A stretch of DNA of 64,000 nt from Laetmonice hystrix (lineage: Eukaryota): contig OZ249438.1 of NCBI GenBank assembly GCA_965235115.1, positions 24,924,001 through 24,988,000 of the forward strand, given 5' to 3'. The position numbers were made by a program, and so were the translations under genes. The notes beneath the pieces were generated by a model. It saw only the letters and a list, made by a program, of their open reading frames with translations. It searched no databases and had not been told where the DNA came from. Shown here piece by piece: positions 13,257 to 25,549 of this stretch (positions within the stretch are counted from its first letter, which is position 1; every line of letters starts with the position of its first letter).

Positions 13257-14443
13257 CCCTTGTTATGCATCCACATGTACCCTTTTCAGTCTAAAAAATT
13301 AATTCTCATTACAACTAACGTTTTATTCAACTAATTCTGAATACTTATGGCGTGCCGAATAGGCTTAGTATTAACTGTTATGTGTGTTAGGGGCCCTATC
13401 TATTTTAAATATATTAATAATAGAGTGTGATGTCTTTGCCATGGCCATGGCTGAGCATGGACCATACTTACCCTTGCCTTTCTAAGTTTCTGGACGGATC
13501 TAGGCCTAGTTCTGTGTGATAAACAATAAAAAAATTTAGAATTGAATTAATATTAATTCAATTCAATTAATTTTTTCAGTATATTAGCAAATTAGGCCTA
13601 TATAAAAGTGCCCATATTATATGAAATATGATTATCAAATACAGAAATTTTAATATAGGCCTAAGTATACCTACTACAATCTACACTTAAATCTCGAAAG
13701 GCCTACTGTACTACTAGTACTAGACTCTAGTAGAAATCTAGTAGTAGTAGCCTACTAGGGCTAGGGTTAGTTCAGTAGTTGTACAGTGGCATTTTTTTTC
13801 TCTATAGAATTTTCTGAATTGACCAGGCATGCTGAATCCCCCCCTAAGTAAATTCTTCCCATTAGCTCCCCTCTCCCCCTTACCAAAATCCTGAATCCAC
13901 CCCTGCACATGATTACTGAGTGTTTGCTTGCACCAAACCAAAGATCTATCATTCATAGAACTGCTTGCACTGGGAGCCGTGAAAGTTATGATGAATCCCT
14001 CTAGGTGGAGCCACGGTGCACACTCCCCTGTCTGGACAGCTTTCACTTCAGAATGGCTTTGAGTCAATTTATTAGAAAAAATTAGAGGATGTTAGAGGAT
14101 GTCAGATAGCTTTCGAGGCGAAGGAACCTAATTTTGTGTTTTCAGGAATAGTTGGTATCGATAAGGCAGCTTGTCAAGTGACCTTTTTCTGGGAAGATCC
14201 GTTTCAAAGCAACAGAAAACTGATACCCAAAACCTCGAGGAAAAACTGCCAAACACGAGTACTATACATCAACACTGGATAAAGCCTTGGTGTGGGGAGC
14301 ACCTGTCTGAGGATATCAACTGTCACGTTAACGCAAAGGAAGGTAGACAAGTTTAGTATTAGACTAGTATTCCAGAATATGACAGAAAGCGATATTATAT
14401 TGACAGAGAAACAGGCAGTATTCAGGGTTCAATGTGACCACAA

Positions 14444-14556
14444 GTTCACAAGCAAAGTCAAGTTAATTTTAATTAACTTGAAATTAATTTTACTTGAATC
14501 TGATTGATTAAATGGATTTCAAGTTAATTAAATTTGACTTGACTTTTCTTGTGAAC
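14444..14556. mobile_element. Foldback/MITE-like inverted-repeat element
   Basis: Three nested inverted pairs: GTTCACAAG/CTTGTGAAC, AAAGTCAAGT/ACTTGACTTT and AATTAACTTGAAAT/ATTTCAAGTTAATT. Confidence 0.5.
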
Positions 14557-14999
14557 CGGGCCCAGAACATTTCAAAAAGGACAGTCCCCCCAAAATAATA
14601 GGACAATGTCATATTTGATATTTGAAATCAACTAATTTAAAAAGAAATTTTTGCTGGGAAACCAGGAAATTATAAAAAAGGAGCCATTCTGAAATAGGCT
14701 CCATTAGAAAAATACTGTTGCCAGGAAACCAGGCACTAGGCCTATAATGAAAAGGTTCTGTGCCAGAAAACCTCGAAAGTGGGTTCCATAGAGAAATGAT
14801 AAGTGGTGATGGAGAAGCAGGTAGCAGGCTCCATGGATGTCATTTTGCACCATTCATGGCTTCGGCATGCGGGAGGTAATAAGCTACAGGAGGGGGAGGG
14901 GGTAGGGGGACACCAATCCTGGGCCACTCACAGCGTCCCAGTTTTTATAGTCGGTTTTTATATTTTCCCGCCGACCACATCTCATCAATCGTTTGTTGC

Positions 15000-15820
15000 T
15001 TGTAGATCACACAGCGTCATCGCCTTTATGAAAACCGATGAACGTTGATGTGTAACAAATTACGAAGGAATAACCAAATGTTTTAAATATGGACTGGTGA
15101 TTGGAGAGGCGGGGGTGTGGGTAGGAGGGAGGTGGCACTGGTAGTGAGGGGTGTAGTTGTGGCGTCCCGTGCACGTGTTCTGGCTCCACGTGTGGCACGT
15201 GCCTTCAGGAGATGACCTCCAACAGTCTGCCAAGGTCATCACCCAACTCCAGGGCAGCTCCATGATTTGACGCCCATGAGGGTTGCCTGGAGAAGTACTG
15301 GAGTGACTCCAGGGACGAGGGTTAGGTGGACAGGAGGGAGGAACCTCAACAGGAGTAAACGTTCTGGTGGTGGGCTGTAAACGTCCTGGGGACGTCCTTT
15401 AGAGGACCTTTCATCGTTAGAGCGGACGGAACACTGCTTTAATAGTCGGAGAAGGGAAACCTGGGGTGGAGAGGAAGATGAGGGCGTGAACTGAAGGAAA
15501 AGTGACGGATATTGTAACTGGTGATGTAAGAGGGAACGTGTAACTGCAAGTGTCTGGGTGAAGAATTGAGAAATAAGAAGTGGAGATAGGCCTACATGCG
15601 GTAGGTGATGAGGACTGCCTGTAGGAATGGCTGACGTCCACACAGAATGCGGCGTGGTCGTCTAAGTCACTGCGGAAGATACGGACACTTTGTGACGAGT
15701 TTCAAAAGGAAGAATGCATTCAGAAGCATTAAGCGACACAAGCCTCCTGGAAATGTCTGGTGAATAGTCCGCGTCAGGTGGCCGTAGTGGTTGTTTTGGT
15801 GCTCATTCTACATTCATTGA
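15000..15820 (-). mobile_element. Decayed non-LTR retrotransposon (LINE, CR1/L2/Jockey-like) reverse transcriptase remnant
   Basis: Minus-strand fragments IPTGSP / SSPTACRPIS (RT ..YRPIS motif), SQFFTQ..TRSLLHH, PERLLLL and GVKSWSCP occur in RT order with frameshifts (ORFs 15239..15643 and 15417..15641). Confidence 0.55.
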
Positions 15821-18757
15821 GCCACCACAGGAATTGACCGACAGTCATTGTCGCTTGGGGAGAAGATCATAAAGTTCGAGTTAAGTGGTTGGCTGACTGA
15901 GGGACATGAAGACAAGTTTTTGATAAAGGAGAGACCATTGAGAGTGTCCGGGCTAGCAGTGAGCGGGATTGTATATATGTGTGCCTGGAGTGGTCCTCCT
16001 ACCAGTTGTCAGTCCATGGCTGTTATCATCTTCAGCGGAGACCATCCCAACGCGTCGTTTTCAATCTCCTTTGTTGTAAGTCCCATGCTACTTTGATGTC
16101 GGTTCAGGTTACTTTTTGTCCATTACCCTGGCAATTTGATTTGAGGTTTGATATTAAATGAGGTCAAGCCGGAGTAAATGGCCATTGACCCTACACCCAC
16201 TCGTGACAAATTGAGTACGGTTCACCAAAAGTACAACACGTTTCCTGCCACCCGGACTGCCATCAAAGGTAGCGCCAGAACAGACGTATCTTAATGTTAC
16301 TAACCTTAACTGTCTCTTAGTTGAATTAAAGTGTTCAGCTGCATGGAAATCTCATTAACCCAGAAGTCACCAGAGCGGTATCTTTTTACAAACCAGACAC
16401 GACATGGAGGTGTAGAAATCAACGATTATGGAAAGGTAAGAACTAATTAATGAGCCAGGAGCACGTTCATTGATTACACGTCATTATTTTTGCTGATACC
16501 TCATTGGGCAAAACGTTTCTGGAGTGGAGGACCATGAATGATGCCAAGGTTTACTCTCGGTGAATGATAGAAAAGTATCCGTTCCAGTAATGAGGAGAAT
16601 GTGGACCTTTGGTTATTCCAAAGACGATAGAACTAGTCCGGTCCAGCAGTAGCCACATTGCAATCCCGAATGAACCTGTGAGGTGGCATTAGATACCTTT
16701 CTACCTCAGACACCATGTACATGAGGTAAAAGGTTAACCCCCATTTCTTCATACAAACAGATAACTATAGAGCCCCTCCCAGTGATGTAAAATCTGATCA
16801 GATATGGACAGAAATGCCCCCAGGCCCCCTTCATTCAGAGACTGAAGACTCCCCGCTATGTCCTGTCCCAAGTCGTCCGTGAAAATCCCTCTCCTTTCTC
16901 TGTCCCTTGACATGACAACCAGAGAGCTCAACGTGTCGACCTCTGCCCTCTCACCACATGGTGTCAACAGAAATGGGAATCTCCTTCGCAGTTTCAGCAA
17001 AGAAGGGGAGCATGCAGACGAAGACTGGAGGCGCGACTTGCTCAGAATATCAATGGCCATGCCATTTACCTGCGCCTTGAAATGCGGGGCGATGTGAGTG
17101 ACTGGCGAGCCCCCGGGCTAGTGGTCGTCCTACAGGGGTAGGGGTTGCTCGTACGACCCACCGGTCCCATTGTCATGTGAAGGGGACACGGCCCTTTCAA
17201 TCAGAGGATGTAGACTCAAGCTGAGTGATCCCAGATCACAGCAAGGCTCAGGTGTAGGCGGCTGTTGGGACACGGTGTGTCTACCACACAACGCGAGCTG
17301 GGGGGACCATCACATTGCCCCGCGATCACCAACACCAGCCGGGGAGCTAGCTTGTAATGGTGTGAGACACATGTACAGCCGTCTTATGAATGGCAGCTTG
17401 TCTGCACTACCCGTCCTACGTGCTGTGACATGGCCTGCAGTGTACAGACCCGCCCACACTGAGTCTGATATGGATCCTTAAACAGGATCCATCCAGGACG
17501 CCAAGGTAAGTACATGGCCACCCCAACACAAGATGTCTTTATGGAGGGTATTGACATAGAACCCTCCGGAATCCGTCCCACCCGTATCCTGTACACAGAT
17601 CAGTGCCGGATTGAAAGGAATTAAGTCCACGCCTAGATCAACAAGCCTTCACAGGCTCCACTGATCACCTGTAAAGAGATGGGACAAGGATGAACATCCA
17701 TTTAAAGAATTTCCGGACGAAAACCCAGGGAGTAACCCTTTCCTCTGTCTGCAGGGTGTGTATGGCTGTGTTTTCTGGTAGAAGAGACCTATAGTTAACC
17801 CTTGTCTGTCCTCGCAAGTACACAAACCTCAGAAATGTGAGTTTTCGGTACGGATAGTGGAAGCGGCATATTTTAGAGACAGAACACAATACCATGAGAT
17901 TGACACTAGTTACCGGATATCGTACCAGTACGGGGTAATGAACTTTGTAGGGATTTCCCGCATAGAAAGCTCTCATTGTTATTTTACTGTGGCAAACCAG
18001 CTACGTCAAATGTGAGACGTCAAGACGTAGGAACGTCGTGTGACAGTTCAGCTGTGCGTCAAGTCGTGACAACGTGTGCCAACTGTCGGTCACACTGGAT
18101 ATATACAATACATTACATTTCGTGATAAACCATGTGTACACACGTAATTCATTGGTCAAATCCATTTGTAACAGCCGCAAAGTTATACATGAGAGCTGAC
18201 ATGATTTCAAGTATACTTTACTTCACGCATTGAAAATATTGACCGAGTCGGAGAAGGGTCTCTAGTTATGGACAGAGCACCGTTACAAGTTATGGGGAAG
18301 CACGGCCGAGGCTGGGCTCAATCTATACACATGTGTACATACGTAGACTACAAGGAGGTGTGTCAGAGACGGGTGTTTAGTACTTGGGGAGGGGGATCGT
18401 TGGTAATGTTGACTCACAACCCGCTAAACAGGACCGAGCCAACCCCTGAACAAACGCTGCCGTTCTGTGCACAAGTCTTTCTGCTAAAGATAAAGAACTA
18501 CCAATTGACAGATACAGACTTGATAGCTCTTGATGTATCTCGGCGGCGTGTGACTTGCCTATATACAGTGTTACTAACGAGTTACTACTCTTCATTTGTC
18601 TCAAGTGTACACGTCCACGTCTGATCTAGCCTTGAAGTTAAAGTCTTGTACGTTCAGATATCAGATTTCCATACCAAGATTTTGTGAACCTTCCTTCCCA
18701 TTGTATAGGAGAACATGAGTGAGATTTCACGGGAGTATTTTATATTGTGTGTTTCAG

Positions 18758-18847
18758 TCACGAAGTGTAGACAAGCGGCATGCAGTATTGGCTTACGATG
18801 GGTACGAGGACAAGTTCAGAGTAAAGGACCTCGGCAGTGTCAATGGG
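18758..18847 (+). CDS. CEP170: CEP170-family exon, FHA core (phase 0-0, 90 nt)
   Basis: gtttcag|TCA ... GGG|gtaagt. Translation SRSVDKRHAVLAYDGYEDKFRVKDLGSVNG contains the FHA S..H and D..S.NG motifs and joins the previous exon in frame. Confidence 0.93.
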
Positions 18848-18852
18848 GTAAG

Positions 18853-18972
18853 TTGGATAAACCCATCCTTAACACGTTGGACAACCCCATCCTTAAAATA
18901 TTGGACAATCCCGTCTTTATCACGTTGGACAACCCCATCCTTCAAACATTGGACAAACCTGTCTTTAAGTTC
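18853..18972. repeat. Degenerate tandem repeat, 24 bp x 5
   Basis: Units TTGGA(C/T)AA(A/C/T)CC... start at 18853, 18877, 18901, 18925 and 18949, beginning inside the exon-2 donor hexamer. Confidence 0.85.
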
Positions 18973-20219
18973 TTTAACACGTGTCATTGGAATAATAAAT
19001 AGGGAATTAGTCCAACATGGATCGTCAAAGGAATGCAGCAGTACACATTTCAAAGTTCTGCTTTCCCCTGGAAGGCACAATGAAATTTGACAAAGGCAGC
19101 GGGCATGGGAAAGAGACATCCTTTTCATAATGATACGTACGGGTCGATGACGATTGGCGTATCTACTGGTAGTGAAGGCATGCATGAAACTGTGATGTAA
19201 ATTATAGTTTCAGAATTACGCACCAATGCTCCCTCTTGGCTTGGAATTGTTTAGTGTATCCGTCAATGAAACCTGTCAGGTTTGTTTCGACATGTCCAAG
19301 TCCTTTACCCCACGACTGACATTGCCCTAAGGGACCGGGAGATTCACAAGGTTTTAAACCGCTAAAATTATTCGATTCGGGAGGATGTGATGCTGCAAGG
19401 CGGATCAGCTCCTGTGCTTTCTCACAAAATACCCGTACAAAGATCAGTAACTGGGCTTTGATGAGAGGTGCTGGAGCGCTCACCTGGGTACATTAAGACC
19501 AGTACGAGCTGTGGGGGAGGATCGAACGTTGAATGGAGTTGTCCTCACTGAGACACCATGTTGACATCGTATATATTACTCTAAATGTAGATTATCCCAC
19601 AAACAGCGGGTCACACAGGGTCAGATCTTTGACTGACCGAGTTCACATTATTTTGACATCATTCACGAACTCCATGAAAGTAAATTAATGTGGTCATTGT
19701 CCCGAGGTGTCAAAATGCCGACTGGCGTAAATCGGAGTTGGTTTTAACGTCAGGCGTGGAGACCTAGTTGATATTGACAGTAAGGGGCAGGGCTGTGATC
19801 ACAAACACTCAGGTAGTTATGGTGGATGACTGAGTGTCACGGCCATTGAACCTGTGTGAGATTCATGTTAGTCAGTCAAGCTGGTTTACTGCCAGACTCT
19901 GAACTCGGAGTAAGTAGAGTAGTATGAAGTAATTACACGGATGGAAAGAACGGGTCATATGATGTAACAGGGCGAACTCGGGAGTATTCTTGAATATGTT
20001 TTTAAAAATTATTTTTGGAAGGGTTATTAAATAAAGACAGTGTTTTGCGAGTCTGGTCGGACTCCTGTGCTAGCATTTTACGCTCAGTTGTCGCCCCGTC
20101 CCCCTACAGGACACATATTTTATTGTAGAGGATTCATTCATGGATTTGTGCCCGTGTTTGTATCGTGGTTTCCAGCGGACTGCTCGCCATTGATTGGCTA
20201 CTATTGACGGAGGTTGTGG

Positions 20220-20450
20220 TCAGTGTGTGGGATGTATGGCCCTCAGCCTAGCTCAGTGTGTGGGATGTCTGGCCCTCAGCCTAGCTCAGTGTGTGGGATG
20301 TATGGCCCTCAGCCTAGCTCAGTGTGTGGGATGTATGGCCCTCAGCCTAGCTCAGTGTGTGGGATGTATGGCCCTCAGCCTAGCTCAGTGTGTGGGATGT
20401 ATGGCCCTCAGCCTAGCTCAGTGTGTGGGATGTCTGGCCCTCAGCCTAGC
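20220..20450. repeat. Minisatellite, 33 bp x 7
   Basis: TCAGTGTGTGGGATGT(A/C)TGGCCCTCAGCCTAGC, near-identical copies. Confidence 0.95.
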
Positions 20451-23400
20451 AGGGGGAGGGGGCGGGGGAGGGGGACGCGGTTAGAAACATTCTGTCAGGG
20501 AAGGTGAATATACAGCCAAATTTGATACAGCCATAAATGAATATATTCCCCTTGATACCTGTAGCCACCAGGTTATGTCGCAATTTTGATAGTTGACATA
20601 ATGATTCCGACAGAGCATTCAGCCAGTGCTGTGGATGGATGATTAGAGTTGCCAGCCGCTAGCTCCTCTCCTAAAGTACCGGGGATCTGCGCCAAGTTCT
20701 GCTCTACTTACCACGTCCTTTACAATGACGATCAAACCACACATTTGGTAGGCGGCATTATACATCCGATCGAATGTGTCTTAAGTCAGAAAAAATATAT
20801 CAACTAAAAACTCGGACTAAAAACGTATGTACAATGTACATTGCAAACCCTGAGGCCCAGCTTGAGGTGACTGTCATTGCTCGTTTAGCTGAGAGTCAGT
20901 GTAACCTGACTGGTCCAGACATGGCACCGCTGACGTTGCCGGGGAGGTCATTATTATGTTATTGTCCCCGATTGTTGGATGCTCCAGCTGAAGATATTTC
21001 AAGAATACCCGGTATTTAAGGTGTACGGGGGAGGAGGTACTTGGACTTGTAGAAGTGTGAATTACTAACCGAACTCCCTTGGTTGGTTTTTAAACATTTA
21101 TTGGTACAAAATGTATCGGCCTGTGAAGGGTCTTCGTCAGGGTTGTATCATGTTGTATCATGTTGTAATTGTACCAAAGAAACACACACGATGATGATGG
21201 TTGTTAGGTGTAGAGAAAGCAATTATTTACACGAGTCTGTCGACAGAATTAAAGTGTACGCTCACACAGAGACATTGGCCTCAATGTGAGGGTTGTCCAG
21301 GATACACTATTTCATACTAGGGTTACATATCTAGGACATATGTCATTAAGGCTGACCTGACCCGCTGTCAGAACACCGAACAGACTTCTGTCCCGTAGAT
21401 ATATGTAGTGTGACCCTAGAAACACCTTTTTAAACACGAGTTTACTTGTAACTTCAATAGATTACAGTGCCTGCCTAAGATCCCATGCGGACATTAAAGT
21501 TATTTACCATTAGTTTACTCATGTTTGAATGATAGTTAAATTTGGACATGATATAATTAATAAAAATAGAACATAGCATGAAATCGTCGACATTCAGTTC
21601 TTTGACCTTGTATTTGTGGGGTTAAGCTAGAATTAAGAAAGCTGTCTGATATCTGTTGTGTTATTTATCAAGTTACTCAAGTTGCCATGCCAAAATTGTT
21701 CGAGTTTTATAAATGCGTTAGTGTAAGTCCAACCAAAATGCAGTTACAGGAAGTCGTTTTTTGCTGAGAGCGACAAATGTTTTTTTTTTTTCGTCAAAGT
21801 CAGGTGTTTGTATTGAGGAGTTGTTGTGAGCAGGCGGTGGTACTGCTTGCTAGTAATCTTCACCTTCTTTTTATTTCGGCTGAAAAAAAAACATGAATTG
21901 AGGCGTGACAAAAGTGGGTGGACGGGGGCTCAGTTGATATTGTAGTACATGTACTTCCTGTTGGTTGAATTATACCTCAAGAGTAAATTATACATTGCTA
22001 ACTTGAGGACTATTTTGGGGACGAGTTTCTGGTTTTAAAATGGTCCATTATCCTGGGCAGTATACTGCACTGATTGGATCCGGAAATTTGTTAATTTGAG
22101 CGCATTCATTAGATGATACCGCTTTGATGTCAAGTGGCTCTATCACAGTGTAGATAACCCCCGGTCCACTTCACCCGAGCCCACCCCCATCACCAACCAT
22201 CCCGTATACATGTATTGTACTTATACACATGTACATAGAAGATCCAAGGGAGATATATCCCTGAGTCAAACAAACTTAGGGCCTCGAGACAGATAGGAAC
22301 TTTTTTTTATCCGCTGAACTTTGTTTTTGATTATTTTAAAAACAAAGACACTCGCGGGTGACTTGTAACTGGTGTATGGATATCGTGTTTTCGTCTCGTC
22401 CATCATTCATGTTTTTCTCTTCCTTTATTTTTTGTTCGACTTGTTTGAATAAAATGTTGATATCGTGCCCTGCATTATCTTACATTCTCCTTACATTATC
22501 TGAGATTCTCCTTAATAAGAGCGATCTTTTCCTCGTTCTCTTTTATTCGTTAAGTTCGTTGTGTTACCTTGAAACCATGGGTTTTATATGTAAATGTGAA
22601 AGAATATAAAAATGAATCTTTGGTATACAGGATGCCCTAGTATATATGGCAGAAGAAAAAACAATTATGAACAGTGGTCAAGTTATTTTCATCAGGTTGG
22701 ATGTCACGGGAGGTCTCGTCAGGAGGAGTGACGTTTGTTACCAGAAACGCCCGTAGCAACGCTCAAGAGGTCAGGGGTTATTGTAGGGTTCAGAGGTGAC
22801 CGGAGCTGCTATTAAAGAAATGGTGGAATGTTTGTGTGGGTGTGGTTCAGTCACCGACATTAACGACCAACAAACCAAACGTAATCGTCCTCAGACGTAA
22901 TTTATTGTAAAGTAACCCGGCTTATACTTATAACGTATTTCCCGAGTAATGAGGAGGTGGATCACTTTGAAGAGAAGAGGTCGATCAGGCTGACCATCCA
23001 TCCTGAGAGCGTGTTGTTTACAGTTGACTTGGTATTGACGGGACGGTTTGGTGAGTCAATGGGTGGGGGATCGACTGGGGGTGGGAGTGGGCAGTCAATG
23101 AGACCGTTACGTGAAACACTTGCCGGTCTCCACCCTTACACTTAAACTGGACCCAGGTCGTTTAGTTGGTTTACTGCCGTCTGACTGACCGTCACACAAT
23201 ACCAACCCTCCCACTCCTCACGGCTTGCCAATTAAAAGTCGATCTGAACCAACGTACGCTATAGTTGTACAGAGCAGTGGGATCCAAGTCGTCGTTTGGA
23301 TGGAGAGCCCACCCGGACAGACAGAGAGAGTGACAGACAGAGGGAGGGACAGGGAGGGACAGGAATAACGGGCCGTGTCCCGCTGATGTCGGTGTCCCCC

Positions 23401-23524
23401 GCTCGGTGTGGCGGCACCCACAACCAGACAACCGTGTCACATGGTCCCCCTCCGCCTGCCCCCTGAGTACACACACACACACACATACACCATTCACTCC
23501 AACTCATGTTTCCGTGTTTTGCAG

Positions 23525-23603
23525 ACGTACGTGAACGACTCAAGGATACCAGAGCAGGAGTATGTCACGCTGGACGATATGGACACAGTACGATTCGGAT
23601 ACG
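23525..23603 (+). CDS. CEP170: CEP170-family exon, end of FHA domain (79 nt, phase 0-1)
   Basis: ttttgcag|ACG. Translation TYVNDSRIPEQEYVTLDDMDTVRFGY plus G. It completes the FHA motif NG-T.VN and ends at a U12 donor ATATCCTTT. Confidence 0.92.
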
Positions 23604-25549
23604 ATATCCTTTTTTTCTAAATGGTGATTGTCATGGTGATGGTTGAATGTTAGGGGTATCACCAGGACAGGTGGTAGACACTCGGTCACTCTGGATGGAG
23701 GAGGTGTGATCCCTGAAGGAGGAGGAGGATACTGAGGGAGTAGGGGACAGCGGCGGGTTATAACTACCACCCCTCCCCCTCCCCGGGAAGGACCCGGAGG
23801 CGGTCAGAACATGAACCAGCGCAGGTACCGTAAGCCTTCACTCAATACTTCGTACTTGAGGATTGGTACGACTTGGCCAATACAACGGTGGAGGTAGTTG
23901 TTTCTCATACAGTATGATACTACATATCGTCAGAATGCTCTGTTCTTGGTCTTGTGGTTCCTATAACATGTAGTGGTTGCAGTTGAATCCTATATTATGC
24001 ATCGGATTTTTTTTTTGCCATTAGCATAACTCCATCACTTTCGGTTTGAGATGTCATGCTCATAACATAATATAAGGGTATGTTTGTATACTGAAGGATT
24101 GTTTATATAACACATAATCCAGTAGTCATTCAGGCCCATGGTTTACGTGATAGAAAAGTCTGTGTAGAATAAATATCTATAGATTCATAACAGAAATTCT
24201 GGCGAATTTGTCAAGGCATATCATTCATAGTCCGAGTCTTTTAGCACAAAAGGTGAAATAGGAATAGAAGCATTTTTCGAAAGTTTTATAAAAAATAAGT
24301 GTTGTTCGGTACCTAAAGTATCATTGATAGCATAATTATTCCATAGTCGTTTAGGTTAATAAAGTTTGCGGCCCTAACACGTCCGGCTCAATGTATGACG
24401 GTTTACGTGATTAGTTTTGGTTAATCAGATGAACTCGTTAATACATTGGCTGTGATTAAAGGTCTCCGTAATGGCCGGCTGTAGGATAATGACAGTTTAT
24501 TGTTAAACCTGTCCTACCGTCTGGGTTCTGGGACACTTGCAGTGGATTGGACTATTTTATTATTGTGATGTCATCGTCAATCAGGGACTAGAAGTACGGG
24601 CCCATCGGGAGAAGAGACTTTTTTAATTCTGATTTTTCTCACCCAATACCAGCTAATTACACCGTGGCATGTAAGCCTGGCGTCAGTGTTAATTACACAA
24701 AGCTGTTGTTACATTGTCAACGAATGAGTTATTGTCGCTATAGGTTCTCAGGCGGTCTTTCACAAAAAAACTTACTGGCCAACTTACTGTAGGAATAAAC
24801 CCATGGACATTTCTACAAAAACCTCAGATCCTATGGATGGATCCAAAGAAATATAGTAACTAGACCTTCCCTTAAACTGCAAAGTAACCGGAAAAACTGA
24901 TTATTTGTGGATACAAACAGGTAGCAGTTAGATCGCATTAAACGGTATTGCAGGCTTGTCAAGGGAGGAATAGTGTATACCGTGTTCGTGCCTGTGGCGT
25001 CGAAAAAAGTGCATTCCAACAACGCCAACTAATTGTGTTTGTCTCTAGAGTTGACCATTCTTATGGTGAACTTTCATCTTTCACTGTTTTGTGTATTACT
25101 GCCTGCAGAAAGAAAGACCGCAGGGTTTAGTGATGGCATATCCGAGCCACTTTCGGCGCCATTGTTCAACCTTTAACTTATCTAACCATTTCTGTTACCA
25201 TAATGGCCAGTCATTCAGTAAGAGCATTATAATGTGCAGCAGGAATTAGGAATCGGCGTACTTTGGTAAACACTTAGTGCCAGGAAGGGCAGAGCTTATA
25301 TTACGCTTTAAAGGAGTTAGGTGATGGACTTATTTGCATGTAATGAGTGGTCAGACTAAAAATTATAAGGCTTGTTGCAATAGTGATCGTGAAATTCTGC
25401 CCCTTCTATATTTTACAAGGGAGTAGGGGAGAATTGAATAAAATATCGAAGCTGAAAAGAAAGAAAAAGTCCATGGCAAGGAAAGGGACTTGGGATCAAG
25501 ATGTGGGTCGTCGCCACCCGTCCCCATTGTGGCCTTGTTAACCACAGGC

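Noticed and set aside
13540-13563. Perfect 24-bp palindrome AATTGAATTAATATTAATTCAATT
   Set aside because: It lies in very AT-rich low-complexity sequence and I see no associated feature supporting a function.
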